From assembly GCA_964016885.1 (NCBI GenBank), contig OZ024756.1, positions 11,160,001 to 11,224,000 of the forward strand: 64,000 nucleotides of DNA. Reading direction: 5' to 3'. This document shows, piece by piece, positions 55,700-64,000 of the stretch; position 1 is the stretch's first letter, and each line of letters opens with the position of its first letter. The position numbers were made by a program, and so were the translations under genes. This DNA comes from Eledone cirrhosa (lineage: Eukaryota). The notes under the pieces are model-generated. The model worked only from the letters and a program-made list of their open reading frames with translations. It had not been told where the DNA came from and did not search any database.

Positions 55700-57997
55700 G
55701 ATAGCAACTAACAGTGCTGCGATCGAATGTGGCTTTTTAGCCCAGCCAATGATCCAAAATGTCTTGCACAGAGTCGGCAACCAAAACATTTACTGGGAAT
55801 AGTCGGCTGTGGTTGGAGTTCGTGTACTTTTGCATGTCGCTTGAGTCCTCCTGCTGATTTACATTCTCTACCACATGTTTGGCAAGCATGATGAGTAGCA
55901 TCTCCAACAGCAGCCTGGTAGTCAACCACTGGTCTTACTTTATGACTGCGAAGATGACTTTCGAGTCCAGCTTTGCTTAGGCAGAGTCTCGCACAGACGC
56001 TGCATGTCAGAAACATAGGAGGACCCTCGCCGTCTGGAAGTGCAACAGCAATACCCTTCCTCACGTCCCGCTTTACTTTCTCGTGTGCGATTCGAGATGC
56101 CTCAAAGGCAACTTTTCCCTCATATACAGTCTTTCTCCATTTATTACGATCAGCAGCAATATTTTCCCATGTATCAGCAGAGATGTTAGCGTCTTTCAGA
56201 GAGGCCTTCAAGGAATCCTTATACCTCTTTTTTGGTTTATGTGGCGGTCGTTTTCCTTTAACCAACTCTCCATAGAAGAGTTGTTTTGGTATTCTAGAAT
56301 CCTTCATCCTGGCAAGGTGACCACTCCAACGGAGTCGCTGCTTAAGCACAAGAGCTTCTATACTGTCACACATAGAGCTTTCCAAAATCTCGACATCACT
56401 GATGTGGTCCCTCCAGCGAACGCCATGTATCCGTCTGAGACACATCTGATGGAAACGCTCCAATTGCTTAAGGTGGCGTCGATATGCGACCCAGGTCTCG
56501 CAGGCATAAAGAAGACAAGAGAGTACACATGCCCTGTACACCCTTACCTTTGTCCTCCTGCATATGTCTCGCCGACCCCAGAGTCGCCTTTCTAGCTTTC
56601 CGAAAGCATCACTTGCTTTCCTAATCCTAAGTGAGATTTCACTGTCAAGGTTGCCGTATCGATTGACAGTGCTTCCCAGGTAGACAAACTGATCAACCAC
56701 TCCAAGTCGTTTGCCATACACATAGATGTTTGGTTCAGTGTACTGCCTACCAGGTGCAGGTTGGTACATGACGACGGTTTTCTTGAGACTGACAGTCAAA
56801 CCCAGGGCAGTGCAAGCGTCAGAAAATACATTCAAAATGTGCTGCATATCACTCTCTGTGTGCGCTACAAGATCGCAATCATCTGCATACAAGAGGTCTC
56901 TTATGACTGATGTAAATACTTTTGTCTTCGCAGCAAAGCGCCTGATGTTAAATATGCTGCCTGAGGTTCGATATCGGATGTAAACACCATGCTCGCAATT
57001 CCTGAATGCAATACAGAAAACCATTGCAAAGTATATGGCAAACAGGGTCGGTGCTGGAATATCCCCCTGTTTCACTCCATTTTTTACTGAGATAGGCTCC
57101 GACATGTTACCTCCGACATTAACCCAAGCCTTCATGTCGTCATGGAAAGACCTAACTAAAGCAAGGAACTTATCAGGGCAACCAAGTTTCTGGAGAACCT
57201 TCCATAATGCATCTCTGTTGACAGTATCGAAAGCCTTTGTCAGATCGACAAAAACCTGATACAGATCCAAGCCCTGTTCAATGCACTTCTCCTGGAGCTG
57301 TCTAGCTGAGAAGATCATATCAGTAGTGCCGCGTCCAACACGAAAACCAGATTGACTTTCAGGAAGGACACAATCTGCAATGTGTGTCAGCAGACGGTCC
57401 AGAAGCACCCTACATAAAACTTTCCCCACGACAGAAAGCAATGATATACCTCTGTAGTTCCCACAATCATTCCTGTTACCCTTTCCCTTGTACAAGACCA
57501 CCATTACTGCATCTCTCCAGTCCTCAGGCACGGATTCATTAGCCCATATCCTTCCAAACAGAGAGTGAAGATGTTGCAGGAGTCTCTCACCACCATATTG
57601 TAGGAGCTCAGCATGTATGCCATCCATACCTGGAGATCTTCCACTGTTCAGCTTCGAAATAGCCACTGCAACCTCCACAAGTGTCGGAGGCTCTGCGAGA
57701 GCTACTTTCACAGGACTTTCCGGAATGAGATTGAGGAAATCTTCACTGACGACAGACGGCTGATTCAAAAGATCATCAAAGTGCTCCCGCCACCTTCGTA
57801 GAATTCCCTGTGAGTCACGAAGAAGTTCTTTGCCATCCCTGCTGCGAATCGGTGTCACCAGAGAAGAAGACGGTCCATAAACCTCACGCAAGAGACTGTA
57901 CAACAGCTTTGTGTTATTGCAATCAGACGCAGTTTGTATCTCACCAGCCTTCTCACTCCACCACTGATCCTTCATCTGAGAAAGACTCCGCCTAACA
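55464..57997 (-). mobile_element. 5'-truncated RTE (BovB-like) LINE flanked by a ~480-bp direct duplication
   Basis: ORF 55708-58008; 3' end GGCCATACTCGATAACGAGGGGGCAGCCATC; flanks 54984-55463 match 57998-~58480. Confidence 0.93.
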
Positions 57998-58008
57998 CGA
58001 AGATTCAT
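55708..58008 (-). CDS. RTE reverse transcriptase (5'-truncated, open frame) with three C-terminal C2H2 zinc fingers
   Basis: NYRGISLLS, QSGFR, FVDLTKAFD, GVKQG, LLYADD, FVYLG, LLYACETW, RLRWSGH; CSVC..H..H, CQTC..H..H, CRLC..H..H. The first residues (MNL) come from the flanking duplication. Confidence 0.93.
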   Translation of the reverse strand: MNLRVRRSLSQMKDQWWSEKAGEIQTASDCNNTKLLYSLLREVYGPSSSLVTPIRSRDGKELLRDSQGILRRWREHFDDLLNQPSVVSEDFLNLIPESPVKVALAEPPTLVEVAVAISKLNSGRSPGMDGIHAELLQYGGERLLQHLHSLFGRIWANESVPEDWRDAVMVVLYKGKGNRNDCGNYRGISLLSVVGKVLCRVLLDRLLTHIADCVLPESQSGFRVGRGTTDMIFSARQLQEKCIEQGLDLYQVFVDLTKAFDTVNRDALWKVLQKLGCPDKFLALVRSFHDDMKAWVNVGGNMSEPISVKNGVKQGDIPAPTLFAIYFAMVFCIAFRNCEHGVYIRYRTSGSIFNIRRFAAKTKVFTSVIRDLLYADDCDLVAHTESDMQHILNVFSDACTALGLTVSLKKTVVMYQPAPGRQYTEPNIYVYGKRLGVVDQFVYLGSTVNRYGNLDSEISLRIRKASDAFGKLERRLWGRRDICRRTKVRVYRACVLSCLLYACETWVAYRRHLKQLERFHQMCLRRIHGVRWRDHISDVEILESSMCDSIEALVLKQRLRWSGHLARMKDSRIPKQLFYGELVKGKRPPHKPKKRYKDSLKASLKDANISADTWENIAADRNKWRKTVYEGKVAFEASRIAHEKVKRDVRKGIAVALPDGEGPPMFLTCSVCARLCLSKAGLESHLRSHKVRPVVDYQAAVGDATHHACQTCGRECKSAGGLKRHAKVHELQPQPTIPSKCFGCRLCARHFGSLAGLKSHIRSQHC

Positions 58009-58033
58009 TCACCATCGTTCTTGTCAACGCTCC

Positions 58034-58359
58034 GGGAACTGATTCTGGTTTGATTTCTACAGCTGGATGCCCTTCCTAACACCAACCTCATTTACAGTGA
58101 GTGCTGAGTGCTTTTTTTCCATGATGCCTCCACGACCACTTTACATTGTGGGCTGGGTGCTTTTTTGCCGTGGCACCTCCATGACCACTTTACAGTGGAA
58201 TGATAGGGACCCCAGTCCTGTCATCTCATTTCTACAGCTGAGTAAACTGGAGCAATGTGAAATAAAGTGTCTTGCTCAAGGAAACAATACATCACCCAGT
58301 CTGAGAATTGAACTCACAACCTTTCGATTGCAAGGCCAATGCTCTAACCACTGAGCCAT

Positions 58360-58360
<1 letters not shown>
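58034..58360 (-). mobile_element. SINE family A (inside the right copy of the duplication)
   Basis: Appears identical to 55020-55347. Confidence 0.9.
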
Positions 58361-58428
<68 letters not shown>

Positions 58429-58453
58429 TTAGATTTTTTATTTCATTGTTTTA

Positions 58454-58544
<91 letters not shown>

Positions 58545-58784
58545 TAATATGTCTTAGGGTACCAGGTACCCCCAGAAATACATAGGTTGTCTATGATTCA
58601 AGGTGGTTCGATGGTATCCATAGGGTATCTAATGTTTTGCAAAATGAAACTGTACAGTAAGGGCCATCTGAGTAGGTAAATATTTATATTATACTTTTTA
58701 ATTTTAATTAATTTTAATTTTATTTTGAAAAATTGGTTGAATTTTACTTGTTCTGCTTATCTTGAGATATATATATATATATAT

Positions 58785-58821
<37 letters not shown>

Positions 58822-58892
58822 GTAAACTTTTGGTAGATTTATCTATATATATATATATATGTATATGTATATGTATATGTATATATATATTG

Positions 58893-58930
<38 letters not shown>

Positions 58931-58938
58931 ATATATAT

Positions 58939-58970
<32 letters not shown>

Positions 58971-58976
<6 letters not shown>

Positions 58977-59640
58977 GAGAGGTATAGAGATTGTTTTAGC
59001 AAGAAGCTAACGGCATTCTATAACATATATGCGACTATAACGTCAAGATGGGAAAAGTAGTTAACGAAAGATTTAGGAAAAATAACTCAAACTCATCTCA
59101 AAATCATCCACAGAATTTAGTAAAATCCAGGGAAAAATCTATAGACCTTTAACTCATGATAAAATAAAGTTTGAAACACTTATCCTTCAATTTGGAATAA
59201 CATCAAATGCTCTGTATAGTCTTAAAAGACTATTTCATGAAAACTTTCAGTGGAGATGGTCACGGTTGGATTTCATTCATCAGCAGAGCTCAACAGAAAA
59301 CCAGGGCTCTCACAGTAATATAATCCGAAAAAGGGAATTCTAAAACTGGCTAGTTCACCTTCATGTGTAATTATGAAAAAGCACATGAGGAAAAAACGGG
59401 GCTAGTGACGTCAGGATGGAAGTGAATGTTTATTTACAAGAAATAGCAGTCAAATACATTCTGAAAAAAACTCTACAAAAGGAGTTCAGCAAAATAGCAA
59501 TAATTATCACAGTTTTTATGAAAAAAACTGGGATTAGTCACAGATAGTTTAAGCACTCTAGGAAAAGAATCCGAGTATAAATATAAATGAGAGGTATAGA
59601 GATTGTTTTAGCAAGAAGCTAACGGCATTCTATAACATAT
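58971..59640 (-). mobile_element. Terminally redundant ~612-bp non-coding element with a central hammerhead (retrozyme/pLTR-like)
   Basis: ATAAATGAGAGGTATAGAGATTGTTTTAGCAAGAAGCTAACGGCATTCTATAACATAT at 58971 and 59583; diverged partial copy at 61735-61981. Confidence 0.75.
59209..59289 (-). ncRNA. Canonical type I hammerhead ribozyme with all three stems paired
   Basis: Minus strand GCTCTG-CTGATGA-ATGAAA...TTTCAT-GAAA-TAGTCTT(TT)AAGACT-ATA-CAGAGC. Confidence 0.85.
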
Positions 59641-59657
59641 ATATATATATATATATA

Positions 59658-60145
59658 TATAAGAGGGTGTTAAAGTTTGCTTGAAGCATTGTGAAATGTG
59701 TAAAATACGTAGTTTAGAAAGCCACAACAATGCAGAGGGAAATCTCGAGGTAGGAAGTGAATGATAGATAAGAGAAATAGGAGAAAGTGAAAATTGAGAG
59801 ACACAAAGATGAAAACAAAACAAAGATAGAAGGGTTACCGTAGTGGAGATTTAATCCCAATATTTCGGGCTCACGCCCATCAACGAGGGAAAGTTCCAAA
59901 AGGGGGGGAACAGGCTAAGCGGAGAAAGTTGTGATGTCGTTAAAACAGGAATCCCAAATGGGATTAAATCTCCACTACGGTAACCCTTCTACCTTTGTTT
60001 TGTTTTCATCTTTGTCTCTCTCAATTTTCACTTTCTCCTATTTCTCCTTCACTTCCTACCTCGAGATTTCCCTCTGCATTGTTGTGGCTTTCTAAACTAC
60101 GTATTTTACACATTTCACAATGCTTCAATCAAACTTTAACACCCT

Positions 60146-60150
<5 letters not shown>
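59658..60150. mobile_element. Fold-back element, ~200-bp inverted arms (59658-59860 / 59958-60150)
   Basis: Arms are reverse complements; the spacer holds a degenerate hammerhead-like GGGC(GTGA)GCCC-GAAA on the minus strand. Confidence 0.75.
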
Positions 60151-60179
<29 letters not shown>

Positions 60180-60226
60180 GAAACACACAGATACATGCGG
60201 ACACACACATATATATATATACATGA

Positions 60227-60707
<481 letters not shown>

Positions 60708-60992
60708 TATATACATACGTTTTATATATGTGTACATACATAATATATATATACATACATACATTTTATATATATATATACATACATTTTATATATGTGT
60801 ACATACATAAAATATATATATACACATTTTATATATATGTGTACATACATAATATATATATATGTACATACATTTTATATATATATATACATAATATATA
60901 TATATATATATATATAATATATATATATGTACATACATTTTATATATATGTACATACATTATATATATATTATATATGTACATACATTATAG

Positions 60993-61175
60993 TGAATTGG
61001 CAGTATTGGTAGAGGGTCGGACGCCATGCTTTCCAGCATAGTTACGTCCCTTTACAGTCTGAGTTCAAATCCCGCCGAGGTTAACTTTGCCTTTCATCCT
61101 TACGGGGTCGATAAAATAAAGTACCAGTAATGCACTGGGTAATTGCTGGCCTTGTGCCTAAAGTAGAAACAATTA
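60993..61175 (+). mobile_element. SINE family B
   Basis: Family head, B-box, core and tail. Confidence 0.88.
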
Positions 61176-61201
61176 TATATATATTATATATGTACATACA
61201 T

Positions 61202-61598
61202 TCATCATCATCATCATCACTGTTTTACGTCCGTTCTTCCACACTAGCATGGGTTAGACAGGATGTCCTGTTGTGGGCAGTGTCCGGTCGGCTGACCTTG
61301 TCTTACTCATACGGGAACTGATTCTGGCTTAATTTCTACAGCTGGATGCCCTTCCTAACACCAACCTTATTTACAGTGAGTGCCGGGTGCTTTTTTGCCG
61401 TGGTACCTACACGAGCACTTTGTATTGGAATGATAGGGACCCCAGTCCTATCATCTCATTTCTACAGCTGAGTAAACTGGAGCAATGTGAAATAAAGTGT
61501 CTTGCTCAAGGAAACAACACATCACCCGGTCTGAGAATTGAACTCACAACTTTTCGATTGCAAGGCCAATGCTCTAACCACTAAGCCATGCGCCTTCA
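61202..61598 (-). mobile_element. SINE family A (alternative tail as at 44250)
   Basis: Family head and core. Confidence 0.88.
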
Positions 61599-62322
61599 CA
61601 TTATATATATATTATATATGTACATACATAATATATATATGTACATAATATATATGTACATATATAATATGTAGGTACGTCTTGATTCTACGAAGCAGGT
61701 TTTCCTATGTTTATATATATATATATATATATATATAAATGAAAGGTATAGAAAATATTGTAGCAAAAAGCCAACAGTATTCCATAATATATAAGTGACT
61801 ATAGCGTCAAAATGGGAAAAATAGTTAACGTAAGATGTGGGAAAAATAATTCAAACTCAACTCAAAAAGAATCAGCATATAGATTCATCCAACAGAATTT
61901 AGTGAAATTCAGGGAAAAATCAATAGAGCCTTAACTAATGATAAAATAAAGTTTAAAATACTCATCCTTCAATTTGGAAATATATATATATATATACCAG
62001 CCCACATTGTAAAGTGGACGTGTAAAAGACACAGCAAAAGTACCCAGCCCACACTGTAAATGTGGTTGGCATTAGGAAGGGCATCCAGCTGTAGAAAACC
62101 AGCCAGAACGAGAAGCACTATTATATGAGCGAGAGATGGTCACCTGACACAACTTGCCTCTAAATGGGACCCGTCTAACCCAGGCTAGCGTGGAAGATAG
62201 ACATTAATCGCTGATGATGATGATGATATATATATACACATGCATATATATAATGTATATACATATAGATATATTGTGTATGTATATATATATAATGTAT
62301 GTACATATAGATATATTATGTA

Positions 62323-63002
62323 TCATCATCATCATCATCATCAACGTTTAACGTCTGTGTTCCACGCTTGCATGGGTTTGGACGGGGGTATTCCCACTTG
62401 AGGCAAGAGTGATTGTCTTGCTCGCATAGGACTGTCTGGCAGGTTTTCTACAGTTGGATGCCCTTCCTAACACCAACCACATTTACAGTGTGGGACTGGG
62501 AGGTTTTTACCGTGTTGCCTACACGGCCACATTACAGCGTGGACTGTGTGTTTTTTTGTCGTGACACCTACACGATCTCATTTGTTTCGGCCTGGATGGT
62601 GTGGCACCAACATAACTTTACATAGAAGGGGTGGTGTGGATGGGGTGGGGGTGGTGGGACGGGGTGTATTTTGTTAGAGATGCCTACTGACTGTAGTAGG
62701 TTTTACTATGTATTTAGGTAAGGCGGGTCTTCTCTATTACTGAGTACCGCCAAAGGTCTCGGTCCAGTGACATTGTCTTGGAGAGGTGTAAGTGTGTGAG
62801 GTCGGAGTTTATCAGCTCGTCCCAGGTTTTTCTAGGTCTGCCTATTCCATGGCTACCGTCTATCTTTATTGCCCTGCACTTTGTTATACAGCTATCGACT
62901 TTCATGCGCATCACGTGTCCATACCAACGTAGCCTTCTCTCGAGTAAACAACATCTGATCCCTCTTATTTCTAATTTTTTTCCTTAGTTCGTTTATGCTT
63001 TG
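62323..63002 (-). mobile_element. RTE LINE 3' end (same family as 44930-47400)
   Basis: [33 protein letters not shown]... plus 3' UTR and (GAT)n. Confidence 0.92.
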
Positions 63003-63143
63003 ATATATATATATATAATGTATGTACATATATATATTATGTATATATATATATATTATGTATATATATATATATATATACATAATATATATATGGAAAG
63101 TAGAAACAATTATATATATATATTATGTATATATATATATATA

Positions 63144-63334
63144 TAATTGTTTCTACTTTTAGGCACAAGGCCAGCAATTACCCAGTGCATTACTGGTACT
63201 TTATTTTATCGACCCCGTAAGGATGAAAGGCAAAGTTAACCTCGGCGGGATTTGAACTCAGATCGTAAAGGGACGTAACTATGCTGGAAAGCATGGCGTC
63301 CGACCCCCTACCGATACTGCCAATCCACCGCCCT
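63144..63334 (-). mobile_element. SINE family B, full length
   Basis: GGGCGGTGGATTGGCAGTATCGG head, GAGTTCAAATCC, core, tail. Confidence 0.9.
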
Positions 63335-64000
63335 TAATATATATATATATATAATGTATGTACATATATATATTATGTATATATATATATAATGTATGTA
63401 CATATATATATTATGTATATATATATATAATGTATGTACATATATATATTATGTATATATATATATAATGTATGTACATATATATATTATGTATATATAT
63501 ATATAATGTATGTACATATATATATTATGTATGTATATATATAATGTATGTATATATATATATTATGTATATATATATATAATGTATGTACATATATATA
63601 TTATGTATATATATATATATAATGTATGTACATATATATATTATGTATATATATATATAATGTATGTACATATATATATTATGTATATATATATATATAA
63701 TGTATGTACATATATATATTATGTATATATATATATAATGTATGTACATATATATATTATGTATGTATATATATAATGTATGTATATATATATATTATGT
63801 ATATATATATATAATGTATGTACATATATATATTATGTATGTACATATATATATTATGTATGTATATATATAATGTATGTATATATATTATGTATATATA
63901 TATATATAAAATGTATGTACATACATTATATATATATATATGTACATACATAATATATATACATACATTATATATATATGTATATACATAATATATATAT
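63335..64000. repeat. TA-rich compound repeat (TAATGTATGTACATATATATATTATG...)n
   Basis: Direct reading. Confidence 0.93.

Overview
This is a repeat-saturated, AT-rich eukaryotic window. The (TA)n/(CA)n/(CAT)n microsatellite load and SINE types suggest a cephalopod-like animal, but that is inference only. I can support no host protein-coding gene. Contents: minisatellite arrays (84, 27, 22, 63, 33, ~44 and 72 bp units); many tRNA-derived SINEs of two main families; two long 5'-truncated RTE-clade LINE ORFs (one with an internal PHD-like Cys cluster, one with three C-terminal C2H2 fingers and a ~480 bp flanking duplication) plus many RTE fragments; two internally deleted DD37D (maT) Tc1/mariner elements; and two Penelope-like (GIY-YIG) pseudogene fragments. 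The most striking signal is RNA-structural. A near-perfect array of 310-bp non-coding units (21474-24085) carries one type I hammerhead ribozyme per unit (8 sense + 1 inverted), i.e. a retrozyme/Penelope pLTR-type array predicted to give self-cleaved ~310-nt monomer or circular RNAs. About ten further, sequence-divergent hammerhead folds are scattered through the window in small, often inverted, elements inserted in (TA)n tracts. All structures were folded by eye and element boundaries are approximate.
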